A DNA stretch of 64,000 nt from Scenedesmus sp. PABB004. Taxonomy: Eukaryota. The number at the start of each line of letters is the position of its first letter. Position 1 is the first letter of the stretch. The notes under the pieces are model-generated. The model was not told the origin of the DNA. It saw nothing but the letters and a program-made list of their open reading frames with translations, and ran no database searches. Both the position numbers and the translations under genes were made by a program. The stretch lies in contig JABVCE010000031.1 of assembly GCA_014905635.1 (NCBI GenBank), positions 248,001 through 312,000 of the forward strand, in the 5' to 3' direction. Of this stretch, positions 51,019 through 63,660 are shown in pieces.

Positions 51019-53738
51019 GCCGCCGCCGCGCGGCCCGCCAGCAGCGCGGACGCCGCCGGCGGCGCGGCGTGGCCCCCGCGCAGCAGCGCCGCGGCGGTGA
51101 TCGAGAGCCTGGGGCTGCCGTTCGACGCGAGCAAGGCGCGCCTGATCGAGAGCATCACCGCGGTGCTCCGCCAGCGCGGCGTGACGAGCGAGGCGCAGGT
51201 GGCTGCCTTCATCAGTGCCCTGCCGGCGGCCATGACCGCGCACGCCGCCGGCGCGCGCGCCGCCGCGCCGGCCGGCAGCGCCGGCGCCGGCGGGTCGCTC
51301 GGTGAGGTGCTGACGTCGCTCGACGACGCGGCGGTCGTGAGCGCGACAGAGGCGGCGATCGCCGCGGCGCTCGCGGCGCCCGGCGCGCCGCCGCGCGCCG
51401 CGCCGCTGCCCGGCGGCTCGGCCGGGCCGCAGCCGACGCGCTCGCTCGGCGCGGCGCCGCGCTCGCCGCCGCCGGCCGCGGCCGCGGCGGCGGCGGGCCT
51501 CGCGTACAAAGAGGCGGTCGCGATGGTGCAGGCGGAGCTCGCGGCGCAGCCGGGCGTCGCGGGGCTGCCGCCGGCGAAGCTCTCCGCGCTGACGTCCGTC
51601 CTCGTCAGCACGATGGCCTCCGCCGCCATCGCGGGGCAGCTCGACCGCGACGTCGTGAGGGCGCTGTTTGAGCAGGCCTCGGCGGCGGTGGCCGTGGCGG
51701 CGGCCGCGACGGGGGCGCCGGCGCCGGCGGCGGCAGCGTCGGAGGGCGAGCGCAGCGGCGGCGCGGGCGCGGCCGCGGGCGCGGGCGCGTCGCCGCGGCC
51801 GGCGGCGGGCGCGGGCGCGTCGCCGCGGCCGGCGGCGGGCGCCGCGGCCGTGGACAGCGCGGTGGCAGCGGGCACGGCCGCCGCGGCCGCGGCGGCGGCG
51901 GCCGGCACCGCCGCCGGCGCGTCGGCGGCCGCCAAGGCGCCCGCGGCGCCGGCGGACGGCGGCGAGGGCGTGGTGCAGCCGCTCGCCATCCACGGCGAGC
52001 TCTCGGCGATGCTGCTGCTGCTGGAGCCGGGCACGCTGCGGCACCAGAGCGTGCGCACCATGCTGGAGCTGCTGGAGGGCAGCGAGGCGTTCCTCCGCGA
52101 GGTGGCGGGCCACGAGGCGGCGGCCGCGGCCGACGCCGCGACCCGCGGCGAGCCGCCGGCGCTCTTCAACGGCCTGCCGCCGAAGATCCAGTTTGTCACG
52201 CGGCCGCGGCCGGCGGCGCTCGACGCGCCCCCGCCGGCGCCGGGCGAGGGCAGCGGCGGCAGCGGCGGCGCGGGCCTGGGCGGCGCGCCGAGCGGCAGCA
52301 CCGCGGCGGGCCTCGCGGCGCTGAGCGGGCAGCTGTCGTCGCAGATTGCGCAGCTGCGTGAGCTCAAGGGGCAGCTGGAGCAGCAGCAGGCCGGCGGCGC
52401 CGCGGGCGCGGCGCCGCCGGCGGGGCCCGGCGGCCAGGGGCCGGCGCCGGCGGGCGCGGCGACGGCGGCGGCGAGCGCAGGCCTGGTCGCGCCCGGCCTG
52501 GGCCTGCTCGCCGCCGGCCAGCTCGGCGGCGGCCTGCCTGCGCGCAGCCCGGGCACCGGGCCGCTCGCGCTCGGCGCGCGCCCGCCAGGCGGGGGCGGCG
52601 CGCCGGGCACGGCGGCGGCGCCGGCGGCCGCCGGCGGCACGGCCGGGCTGCTGGCGGGCTTGCTGAAGCAGCTGCACGGCGGCGCGGAGGCCGGCGCGGC
52701 GTCGACCGCGCCGCTGCACCCGCCCGCGACGCTCCCGCCCATCCGCACCGGGTCGGCGCAGTCGCAGCAGCTGCTGGCGGCGCTGGCGGCGGCCGCGGGC
52801 GTGACGCCGCCGGCGGGGCAGCAGGGCCCCGCGCCGCCGCGCGCCGCCGAGCCCGCGCCCCGCGCCGGGCCGGCGCCGCCGGCGCCGCCCGCGCCGCCCG
52901 CGCCGGCTGCGCCCGCGCCAACCGACGGTGCGGTCGCGTGGCGCGGCACGGTGGTGGCGCGCAGCCCCGCGCAGGGCGGCGGGGGCGGCGCGGACGCCGG
53001 GTTTGGGCCGGGGCTGGTCGTGCTCTTCCCGCTGGTCGGCGAGGTGCCGCCCGAGGCGGCCGCGCTGCTGCCGGAGGTGCTCGTGGTGTCGGCCAAGCAG
53101 CCGCGCAGCAGCATCACGATCGACGTGGCGCAGGTGCGCGCGGGCGCGGGCGCCGCGGCGGACGCGGCGGCGGCGCGCGCCTCGCCCCGCCTCACCCTCC
53201 GCCGCCGCCGCCGCCGCCGCAGAATGACTCGCTGCTGCTCGCGCCCGCGCCGGGCGCCTCGCCCGACCACGCGGCGGTGCTGCACTCGCTGTCGGGCGCC
53301 AAGGTCGCGCTGGTGGTGGAGCTGCCGGGCGCGGAGCTGGTACTCTGCCCCGAGGCTGCGCTCACGGGCGGCAGCACGGTCGTGCTGGGCGTGCTGAAGC
53401 GCAGGCCGAGCGCCGCCCCCGCGCCGCCCGCAGCGCCGGCGGCACCCGGGCCAGCAGCGCCCGCAGCGCCGGCGGCGACGGCGGCGACGGCGGCGGCGCC
53501 GGCGGCGCCCACGGCGCACGCGCCCACGGCGCCGGCGGCGCCCGGGGCGCGCGCACCTGCGGCGTCCGCGGCTGCAGCAAACGCGGCGACAGCGGCAACC
53601 GTGGCACCCGCGCCGGCCGTGCCTGTGCCGGCGGCGCCCGTGGCGCCCGCAGCGCCTGCTCCGGCGGCGGACGAGGCCGCTGGCGCCACTGGCACGGCGG
53701 CAGCCTCTGAAGTCGCGCCGGGGCGCGACCGAGCGTGA
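48373..53738 (+). CDS. Large low-complexity protein with a Cys cluster (CW-like Zn finger) and a putative C-terminal SPOC domain
   Basis: Six exons with GT-AG introns. Exon 49528-49709 encodes ARCVQCGALRQV...FAC...HGC...RPCD. The C-terminus AVAWRGTVV...LLPEVLVVS...|...LHSLSGAKVALVVELPGAELVLCP...VVLGVL follows the SPOC pattern. Confidence 0.65.
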
Positions 53739-54062
53739 CTGCAAGCAGATGGGGCCTGGGTGCGGCAGCGCAATGTAGGTGGGGACGATTGGTCGCGCGT
53801 GATTGGTGCATTGGGGAGAGCGGTGCGGCGTGATGGAATGGAATCGAATGGGCGCGGGCGGGCAGCATCTGGTAGCTAGCGGCTGCAGCTGCTGCGGTAT
53901 TGATGCCGTTCGCCCGCCGCGTCGTGCGGCGGCGCGTGAGCCGCCGCGGGGCGCCCCGCGCGCGGGCCGCAATGCACGCTGCGCACACAACGAGTGAGCT
54001 GACCAACGCGGGGGTGTGCACCGAGAACTGCATGTGGCGGCAGCTCGCCTTCTCAATGGTGG

Positions 54063-54067
54063 TTACA
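54063..54067 (-). promoter_or_regulatory. TGTAA polyadenylation signal of the minus-strand binding-protein gene
   Basis: TTACA on plus, about 370 nt downstream of the stop at 54437. Confidence 0.5.
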
Positions 54068-54436
54068 CCCCGCAGGCAGGGGCCTGCATAGGAAGCTGAC
54101 CGGGCGCCATCGTGCGCGCCACGCCGACCGCGGGCCAGGGCCAGGGGGAGGGGGAGGTCCGCTCGGGGCCCCGCGGGGCATGCCGGCCGACGGCCGTGGA
54201 ACCGCGTGCGTGTGTGAAACAGAGTGTGCCCGCTCCGTGCCGCTCCGTGCCGCGGCAGCCGCTGGCGCAGCCCAGCGTCGCCGCCGCCCCTGCGCAGCTG
54301 CGGCGTCGGCGGGGAGCGCTTCATTCCCCCCGCGCAAGTAAATGAGAGATGGAGCCGCCGCAGCACGCTCAACGCCCCGCCGCCGACCAATCCCCGCCGC
54401 CGCCGACCGATCCGCGCCCGCCGCCCCCCCGCCGCA

Positions 54437-56989
54437 TCACCGCCGCCGCGACGCAAAGCCGGCCGGCGTGAAGGCGGCGGCGGACGCGTTGAAGCGCAGA
54501 TAGACGTAGCTCTCCGCACTCGGCACCAGGTCGCCATACATGTCAAGCAGGATGGGGCCCGACACGCCTGTGGGGCGGGGCGGGGTTTCGGGGTTGACAA
54601 TTTGGGTTTTGGGGCTCGGGGAGGCGCCGCGGCGCGGGCGGCGGATGGCGAGGCGGGGCGTGCGCGCGCGTGGCCCGCGCGCGCGGGGCTGCGTGCGCGC
54701 GGCACCGCACCCTCCCACGCGGGGCGCGACTCGTCGGAGAGCGCGCGCGCAAGCGCCGCGCCGTCGCGCGGCGGGTCGGCGGCGGCGTACGCGCGCAGCA
54801 CCGCGACGGCGGCGTCGTACGCGGGCGCAGCGTAGGGCTCAAACTTGACGGCCGGCGTGGCCGCGGCAAACGCCGAGGTGAAGGCCGGGCGCCCCGGGTT
54901 GACGCTGATTGCGCTGAGGTCGACGCGCCCCGCGCCGCGCAGCGCCTCGCACAGCGTGGGGCTGGTGAGCACGTCGCTGCCGTAGAAGCGCGGGCGGAGC
55001 CCGCCCGGCGCCGACGCCGCGCCGCGCAGCAGCGCCGCGGCAAAGGACACGTCGTTGACTGCGACAAACACCGCGTCCAGCCCGCCCGGCGCCGCCGCGG
55101 CGGAGCGCAGCGCGGCGAGCGCGGCGGCCGCGTCGCCGCGGCCGGGCTTAAAGTCGTACTCGGCGACCACCCGCCCGCCGGCTGCGCGCGCGCGAGCGGC
55201 GGCGCGTGGGCGTGGGGGGCAGCGGAGGAGGCGAGGGCTGCCCCCGCCCGCCCGCGCGGGCGCACGGGTCCGTGGGCCCGCGCGCCAGCGCCGTGACGCC
55301 GCCCCGCCCCGCCGCCGCGGCGCACCGGCCTCAAACTCGGCCTTGAAGTTGTCCGCGAGGCCGATGCCGTACGCGTTGTCCTCATAAACGAGGCCCAGCG
55401 TGTCGCCGCCGTCGCCGCGCACCTGGCGGGCCCGGGTCGGCAGGTCGGCGTCACGGCGGGCCGGGCCCGCGCGGCGGGGTCGCGGCGAGCGCGGCGGCGG
55501 CTGCGAGGCCGGCGGCGCGCGGTGCGCGCCGCGCGCGGGGCGCACACGCGCACCAGGTTTGCGGCCGCGAAGGCCTGGTTGACGTCGGAGGGCACCGTGC
55601 GATAGAAGTAGTCGACCAGGCTCAGGCTGGGGCTCGTGGCGGCGGGGGAGATGAGCGGCACGTGCGCCGCGCGCGCCGCGCCCGCGGCGACGGCCGACGC
55701 GTCGGAGCAGACGTCGCCGATGACCGCGACTGCGCGCGCCGCGGCGGCAGGGCGCGCGGGCGGTGGCGAGGCGGGCGGCGGAGCGGCGGCGCCAGCGTGA
55801 GGGCGGCGGCGGGCCCCAGCGCGCGCCGCGCCGCGCCGCGCCGCGGCGCGGCGGCGCACCCGCGCCCTCGCTCGCGAGGCGCTGCATGCCCCGGAACGCG
55901 TCGCCGCCGGCGCAGCGCGAGTTGAGGCAGGTGAGGTTGACGTCCACGCCCGGCAGCAGCGCGGGCAGCTCGGTGCGCAGCGCGAGCAGCACCGCCGCGA
56001 GCACCGCGGACGCGACGCTCTTGTCCTCCGCCGCGGAGCCGGGGCCGAGCGGCAGCACGCAGCCGACGCGGATCAGCCGCTCCGCGCCCGGCTGGCGGAA
56101 GATGTATGGACCCAGCCCGCCGCCGCTGACCGCGACGGCGCCGCCGCCGCCGCGCGGCGCCGCGGCCGGGCCGCGGCCGGGGCCACGGGCGTGGCCGCGC
56201 CGCGCGCCGCCGGCGGCGGCGCGCGGTCGTACGCGGGTCCCCCGCCGGGCGCGGCCGCGGCAGGCATCGCCATCGCGCGCGGCAGGCCGCCCGCCGCCGC
56301 GCGGGCGGGCCCGGGCGCGGCGGCGGCCTTCGGCGCCGCCGCCGCCGCGGGCGCGGCCGCGCCGGCCGATGCGGGCGCGGCCGAGGCAGCGGGCGGCGCG
56401 GCCGTTGGGGGCGCGGGCGCCGCGTCAGGCGGCGCCTCCTGGACGATGGCGTCGTCCTGCTGCCCGTCCTCCTCGTCCGTGGCCACCTCGTGGGGGACGC
56501 TGTCGTGGTCGTCGTCACAGCCGTCGTCGCCGTCGGCCGCCGGCGGCGCGGCCGCCGGCGCGGCGGCCTTCGCGGCAGCCGGCGCTGCGGGCGCGGCGGC
56601 CTGCACCTGCACGGCCGCCGGCGCGGCCGCCGGCGCGGCGGCCTTCGCGGCAGCCGGCGCTGCCGGCGCGGCGGCCTTTGAGGCAGCCGGCGCTGCCGGC
56701 GCGGCGGCCTGCACCTGCATGGCCGCCGGCGCGGCCGCCGGCGCGGCGGCCTTCGCGGCAGCCGGCGCTGCCGGCGTGGCGGCCTGCACCTGCACGGCAG
56801 CCGGCGCGGCGGCCGGCGTGGCAGCCGGCGGTGATGCCAGCGTGGCCTCCGAAGCTGCCGGGGCTGGCACCGCGGCCGGCGCTGCTGCGAGCGCTGGCGT
56901 GGCGGCCTGGACCGGCACAGCCGCCGGCGCAGCGGCCGCCGGCGGCGGCGGCGCCGCCGCCGAGGTTGCCGCCGAGGTCGCCGCCCTAA

Positions 56990-57045
<56 letters not shown>

Positions 57046-57435
57046 GCAGACGCCGCTGCCAGCAGCAGGGGCAAAAAGAAGAAGTTCTGGGAGTCCCGGC
57101 GATCCGCCGCGTTCACTGCGGCGGGCAGCGGCGCGGGTGGCGGGTGACGCCGGTGACGCGCAGCGCGCAGCTCGCGGGGGAGGCGCGCCAGCAGGCGGGA
57201 TGGCGGCACTCGGCGCGCGGCTGGGCGCGAGGCCCTCCCCGGCCAGGGCCGGCGCAGCAGCGCAGCAGCAGCCGCCGCAGCCTGGGGGCCCCCCGCCCCT
57301 CGCCGCAACGGCGCAGTACTGCATGGAAGCACGTCCCCGCCACGCACCTGAGTTCCTGGCGCCCTCAGCGGCGGAGGCGAGCAACAAGAGCAGCGCCACG
57401 AACGCGCCCGCCACGCAGGCCCCTCCTCGCGCCAT
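54437..57435 (-). CDS. Secreted protein: signal peptide, poly-Gln, Ala/Pro stalk and C-terminal type I periplasmic-binding (LivJ/ANF-receptor) domain
   Basis: Signal-like start MARGGACVAGAFVALLLLLASAAEG. The domain reads IRVGCVLPL, VAVIGDVCSDAS, VPLISPAATSPSLS..DYFYRTVPSDVNQA, LVYEDNAYGIGLADNF, YAAPAYDAAVAV and EGVSGPILLDMYGD, with the stop soon after. The stalk-domain join relies on an inferred intron at 56126-56232. Confidence 0.8.
56540..56960 (-). repeat. Coding tandem repeats (AAPAAAPAAVQVQAAAPAAPAAAKA-like)
   Basis: Three to four degenerate units of about 75 bp in the stalk-encoding exon. Confidence 0.85.
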
Positions 57436-57790
57436 GCCTCCAGTCCGGGACGGCCGAGGGCCACGCTCTAACCGATCGCGTGTCACTGCTGCGCCTGCGC
57501 GTTCGATGCGCGGCGCGGCCGCTGGCGCGCGGGGGGCCGGCGGGACCGCGAGGACGGGAGCATCGCGAGGAGCTCGCCCTGAAGCTCGACGCGCGCGCCG
57601 TGAAAAGCTCGGCGCGCGCGCGCCACGGAAAGGAGCGTCGACAGCCTGGATCGCCGCAACGCCGGTTGCTTGCAGCTCAAATGCTGAGCGCCGCACGGCG
57701 TCCGCCACCGCTGCCTGCGCGCCGCCGCGCCAGCCCTGCACATCCTGCATCGCCCCCCCCTGCCCCCGCCCGCTCTCTCTACACCCCGCC

Positions 57791-60671
57791 TCAGACCGCC
57801 GCCGGCGACGCGGCGGCCGCGCTGCCGCTCTCGCTGCCGCTCTCGCTGGCCTCGAAGAGCGGCGCCGTCGCGCCGCCGCCCAGCGGCTCGTCGGCATCCA
57901 GCGACGCCGACGGCGTGGCACCGAGCGCCGCGAGCTGCGCCTTGAGCGCCGCGACCTCGGGCGAGCTGCCGCCGCTGCTGCGGCCGTTGGCGGCGCCAGC
58001 GCTGCCGCGGTCGCCGCCGCCGCCACCGCTGCTGCTGCTGCCGCTGGTGCTGCCGCTGCTGCCGCTGGTGCTGCCGCTGCTGCCGCTGGTGCTGCCGCTG
58101 CTGCTGCCGCTGCCGCTGGTGCCGCTGGTGCTGCCGCTGCCGCCGGCGTCAGCGGGCATGCGCAGGAGCATCTCGATCGCCGCCTGCGAGTACGCGCCCG
58201 ACGCGCCCTCCAGCGTCGCCAGGCGGTCCAGCACCGCGAGCAGCAGCGCCTCGAGCTTGGGCAGCTGCAGGCGCTCAAACGTCGGCCCCTGCGCGGCGGC
58301 GGCGGCAGCGCGTCGGCGCGCCGCGCGCGGCGGCCGGCCGCCGCGTGCGGGCGCCGCAGTCCCTCCCGCCGCGCGCCCCCCGCGCCCCTCCCGCGCCGCC
58401 CCGGGGCCCCGGGCACCTGCAGCGCGGCCGCGAGCTGGCCCAGGTCGACTGCGTTCATGCGCGGCAGCGCCGCCGCCGCGGCGTCGGCCCAGTGGTAGAG
58501 CCACGCGGGCGGCGGCTGCAGCCCGAGCTCCCCGAGCGACCAGACCATGGTCGCCAGGCCCTGCGCGCGGGGCGTGTGGTGTGTGTGGGGTGTGTGTGGG
58601 GGGGGGGGGGGGGGCGAGGCGCGGGCAGAGGGGCAAGCGCGGCGCCGCGGGCAGCGATCCAGCCCGCCGACGCAGCGCACGCGCCGCCGCAGGGCCGTGC
58701 GCCGCAGGTCACGCCCCGCGCACGCACCTGGGGGTTTGCGACGTGAAGCTTGTGGTAGCTGGCCTGCAGGAACTGCTCCCACCACGCCTTGCCCGGAACG
58801 ACGCGCAGCTTCGCGAGCGCCCACACCAGCTGCGCGAGCTCCTGGGGCTTGAACCCCGACAGCCGCGCCGCGCCGCCCGCCGCGAGGCCGCCCGCGTCCG
58901 CGGCGCCGCCGCCGCCGGCGCCGAGGCCGGCGCCGCCGCCGCCGCAGCCGTCGCCGCCCGCGCCGACGCCCTCCCAGAGCGCCACGAGCAGCATGGCGGG
59001 CGGGCGCTGGCCGAGCTTGGCGTACGCCCAGAGCAGGTTTGAGACCTCCTGGGGGTTGAAGTCGTGCACGAGCGCCTCGGCCTGCGCGCCAAAGAGCGCC
59101 ATCCAGGGCCGCCCCGGCGGCGCGCCGAGCGCCGCGAGCGCCCACAGGCTGTTGGCGAGGTCGCGCGCGTTGGCGTCCTGCGGCGCGGCGCGGCGGCGGC
59201 GCGCGCGGCGCGCGGCGCGCTCGGCGACGCGCCCGGCGCAGGGGCGCCGGCACTGGACGCCACGCGGCCCGCCGTCGGCGCGCCGAGCCCCCGCCCGGCC
59301 GCACCTGCATGCCATACTTGAGGCAGCCGAGCAGCGACTGCAGCACGCGGCCCTCCGGCGCCACGCCCAGCTTGCCGTGCGCCCACAGCACGTTTGACAC
59401 CTGCGCGGCGGCGGCGGCGCGGCGGGGCTCGCGGCCGGCCCGCGCAGGCGCCAGGCTCGGCCCGGCGGCCACGTGCGGCGCCGCCGCGGCGCGCGGCGCG
59501 CACCTGGCGCACGGTGAGCCGCGGCGCGACCGCGCCGAGCGCGCGCGAGTGCGCGGCGAGCCAGCCGTCGGGCGGGCGGTAGTCGAGCGCGGCGAGCGCA
59601 TAGAGCAGCACGGCGAGGTCGGACGGCGACGCGCCGCCGCGCAGCGCGGGCTGCACCGTGCGCAGCGCCGCGGCGGTGAAGCCGGCGCCAGGGCGGTGCC
59701 CGAGGCGCGCGAGGGACCAGAGGCAGATGCCGAGCGAGTGCGGCGAGTAGGCCGCAATGCCGCGCAGCATGCACGCCTCGGCGGCGTCCAGCCACGCGGC
59801 GCCGCTGGCGCCGCCGGCGCCGGCGCCACCGCGCGCCGCGCCGGGCGCGGCGGTGGCGGCGGCCGCCGCCGCGGCGAGCGCGCCGTCCTGGCGCTCCTCG
59901 ATGCGCGCGGCCGCCCAGAGCACCATGGCCATGCCCTGCGGGCCGAGCCAGTCCATGCGCCGCGCCGCCGCGGCGCGCCAGGCGGCGGTCCAGCCGTCGG
60001 GCGGGCGCAGGCGCAGCGACGCGACCGCCCAGCCCAGCTGCGCGAGCTCCACCGGCTTGAACCCGCCGATGCAGGCCGCGCTCGCCGAGAGCAGCTGCCC
60101 CGACAGGCGCGGCCCCGGGCGCACGCGCAGCGACGCGAGCGCCCAGGCCATGTTGGCGAGGCCCTGCGGGTCAAACGCGCTGAGCCCTAAGCCCTCCGCC
60201 GCCGCGAGCAGCGCGCCAATGAGCTCCCGCTCCTCGCCCAGCTCCAGCGTGGCGAGGCCGTGCAAGACGTTGCTGATCGCGCGCGGGTCCATGTCCGGCA
60301 CGGCGCCCGACACCAGCACCAGCACCTGCGGCGGCGGCGGCGGCGGCGGCGGCGGCAGCGGCCCGTCGGATCCCCGCGCGGGGCCAGCCGGCCGGCCGCG
60401 CGGCGGCAGAGCCCCGCCCGCCGCGGCCGCGCCTGCGTGACCACGCCCGACAGGCCCAGCAGCTCCTTGGGGCGCAGGCTGCGCCCCGCCACGAGCTTGA
60501 CGACGCGGCAGAGCAGCGCGTTGGCGTGTATGGCGTTGAACGCGCCTGCGGGGCACGGCACGCCGCGGCGTGGCGCGGGAGGGCGGCGCGGGAGGTCGGC
60601 CGCTGCGTTGCGGCGCGGCGCCGCCGCGCGCCGCTGCTGCCCGCTGCTGCTGCGCCTGCTGCCCCGCTCAT

Positions 60672-60711
<40 letters not shown>

Positions 60712-61560
60712 ACCTTCGTACTGGCGCAGCACCTTGCGCAGCGCGGCAAGGTCCTGGCAGGCGGTGATGCGCCGCGTGAGCCGCTTGTTCGCGGCGTCGC
60801 GGTACCACTGCACCGTGCGCAGCGCGGCGCTGCTGAGCTCCGCCTGCTGCGCGAGCGCGGCCTGGCGCGCCGCCTCCTGCTGCGCCGCCGCGAGCGCCGC
60901 GAGCGCCGCCTGCTGCGCGCCGGGCGGCGGCGGCGGCGGCGGCTGCGGCTGCTGCAGCTGCTGCTCGTACGCCGCGCGCGCGCCGGCGGCGCCGGCGCCG
61001 TCGCTGGCGCGGCGGGCCCGGGCCGCGCGCTGGCCCGGCTGCTGCTGCTGCTGCACCGGCCCGCCGACGCCGTTGCCGCTTGGCTCGGCGGCGGCGTCGC
61101 CGCTGAACAGGCGCTGCCGCCGCAGGCGCTGCGCCGGGCGCGCATCGCCGCCGTCCAGGCTGCTGCCCGCGCTGCTGGGCGGCCCCAGCGGCAGCGGCGG
61201 CGACGCGGGGCCGTCAAACGCGGCCGGGTGCGCGACGTCGGCGGCCTGCGGGCGCGGCGCGGCACGGCGCGGCGTGGGCCGCGGCCGCCGGACCAGCAGC
61301 GACGGCAGCGCGCGCTGCCGCGGCCGGGGCGGGGCGCCCCCGGCCGCGCCGCGCCGGCCAGGGGCGCCCGCATTGGCGCCGGCCGAGCGGCTGCGCGCCC
61401 GGCCGCGCGCTGCGCGCGAGCGCGCGTGGCGCGGCAGCAGCGGCGCACCCGCGGCGCGCGCCGCCGCCGGCAGCAGCTGCTCGGCGGTGCGCCCCAGGGG
61501 CAGGCCGGCGGCGCGGGGTGCGGGTGCGGCGCGACGGGGGCCCTGGAGAGGCGGCTCCAT
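57791..61560 (-). CDS. Octotricopeptide repeat (OPR, TBC2-like) RNA-binding protein
   Basis: About 12 degenerate repeats of about 38 aa, e.g. FDPQGLANMAWALASL, FKPVELAQLGWAVASLRLRPPDGW, FNPQEVSNLLWAYAKLGQRPP, FKPQELAQLVWALAKL and ANPQ|GLATMVWSLGELGLQPPPAW. Seven exons with a Gly/Ser tail. Confidence 0.9.
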
Positions 61561-61876
61561 GGCGCCGGGCGCGCCTCCAGCGCGCTGCGCCCGCCGGCGC
61601 GCATGCGGCCGGCCCTGCAGCGCGGCCGGGCGGGCCCGCGGGCCGGCAGCTACGGCGCCACGCCTAGCACAGGGTGCGTGCGCGCTGTCACGCTGGCGCC
61701 GCCAATCAGGGGAGCCCGTGCGCGCTCGCAGCGGGCTCGCGAGCTGTTCCGCGCCTCGCTGGCTGCTGCCCGCTCGCACGCGTGGCGGGTTTGCTCTGTG
61801 CGACCTTGCGCCACGCGGGGCATTGCTGCGGGCGCGCGTGCAACTTTAACACGCGCACCTTGGTGGCCGCGCTGCG
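61561..61876. promoter_or_regulatory. Short divergent (bidirectional) promoter region with a CCAAT box
   Basis: Only 316 bp separate the OPR ATG (minus) and HA ATG (plus). GCCAATCAG lies at 61701-61709. Confidence 0.45.
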
Positions 61877-63629
61877 ATGGCGCCATTCGTCGCCCTCTGC
61901 GCCGTGGCCAGCACGCCCTGCGGGGTGGAGGCGGGGCGCCACGACGCACGCTGGCAGCAGCGGCGGCAGCAGCGGCAGTGGCAGCAGCGGCGGCAGCAGC
62001 CAGCACGCCGCCGGCCGTCCAGCATGCAGCAGCGCCTGCCCGGCCACGCCGACGCTGCGGCGCGGCCGGCGGCGCTGCGCGCGCTCGGGCGGTGGCGCCC
62101 GCCGGTGCTGCGCGGCCGCGGCGCCACGCCGCGGTGCGGCGCGGCCGCCGCGCAGCAGGCGCGGGGGGAGCCGTCGCGGGAGCAGGGCGAGCAGGCCTTT
62201 GAGCAGCAGCTGGCGGCGCTGGCGGCGTGGCGCGACGCGCACGGCAGCTGCCACGTGCCGCGCACGGCGGCCGACGCGGCGCCGCTGGCGGCCTGGGTGG
62301 CGTGGGCGCGGCGCGCGGGCGCGCGCGGCGGCCTCGCCCCGCACCAGCGCGCGGCGCTGGACGCGCTGGGCTTCGTGTGGCGCCCGCCCGTGGTGCGTCG
62401 TCGGCGGCCGCCCGCCGGGGCGCGGCGCCGCCGGGGCACCAGCGCCGGCTCACGGTGCGCCCGCCGCCGCCATGCCGCCGCCGCCGCCGCAGCTGGAGGC
62501 GCAGTGGCACGCAACGTACCACACCCTCCGCCTGTGGCTGCAGCGCGGCGGCAGCCTCGAGGCGCTGCGCGCGCACGCGGCGCAGGCCGCGGCCGACCGG
62601 CTCGCCGCGCCGCTGCAGGGCGCCGCGGCGGCGGGCGCCGACGGCGCCGAGCAGGCGCAGCAGCCGGGGGCCGCCGCCGCGGCGCCGCCGCCGCCGGGCG
62701 AGGCGCACGAGGCGGCGCTGTGGCTGGCGCGGCAGGAGGCGCTGTACGGCAAGCTCAAGCTGACGGCCATCAAGGTCGCCATGCTGCGGCGCCTGGGTGA
62801 GACCGCCTGCGCAAACGACGCCGGCGGCGCCGCGCGCCAGCGCGGGGCGCAGGCCCCGCGCGAGCCCGCCGCCCCGCCGCGCCGCGCCGCGCCGCGCAGG
62901 CGTGAGGCTCCGCCGCCAGGCGGGGCTGGCCAAGCCCGACCTGCACCCCGTGCTGCGCGGCGTCGATCCCGACACCTACCAGCGGCGCCCGATCGTGGTC
63001 GCGCCCGCGACGCGCGAGGGCCGCCGCGCAGTGGGGCGCCTGCTCGCGCGCCACGCGGCGCTGCAGGCGGCCGGCGGCGGGCGCCGCGCGGCGGCCGGCG
63101 GCGCCGCGGCGGCGCCGCCCAGCCCCGGCGAGGCCGCGGCGCGCGGCGACGCCGCGTGTGAGTTCGTGGTCATGCTGGCGGAGCTGCAGCGCTGGAAGAA
63201 GCGCCACGGCACCGCGCTCGTGCCGCCGTCCGCGTTTGACCGCCCCCGCCTCGCCGCGTGGGTGGCGCACCTGCGCGCGCTGCGCGCCGCCGAGCTGTCG
63301 GAGCGGGGGCAGCAGCAGCAGCAGCTGCTGCCGCCGCTCGAGCAGCAGCAGTCGCGCGAGCTGGCGGAGCAGTCGCGTGGGCCGGAGCAGCAGCTGCTGC
63401 TGCAGCAGCAGCAGCAGCAGCAGCAGGAGCAGCAGGAGCAGCCGCAGGCGGGCCCCGTCGCCGAGCTGGGCCCGGAGCTGGCGCTCGCGGCGCTGGAGCG
63501 CTGGCACGTGCGCGAGCTCGACGCCGTGGGCTTTGTCTGGCGGCCCAGCCCGGTGGGTGGGGGAGGCCGGGGGCGAGCTGGGGCGCGGCCGCGCGCGGCG
63601 CGCGGCGGCGGCGCAGCAGCAGCCGACGC

Positions 63630-63660
<31 letters not shown>

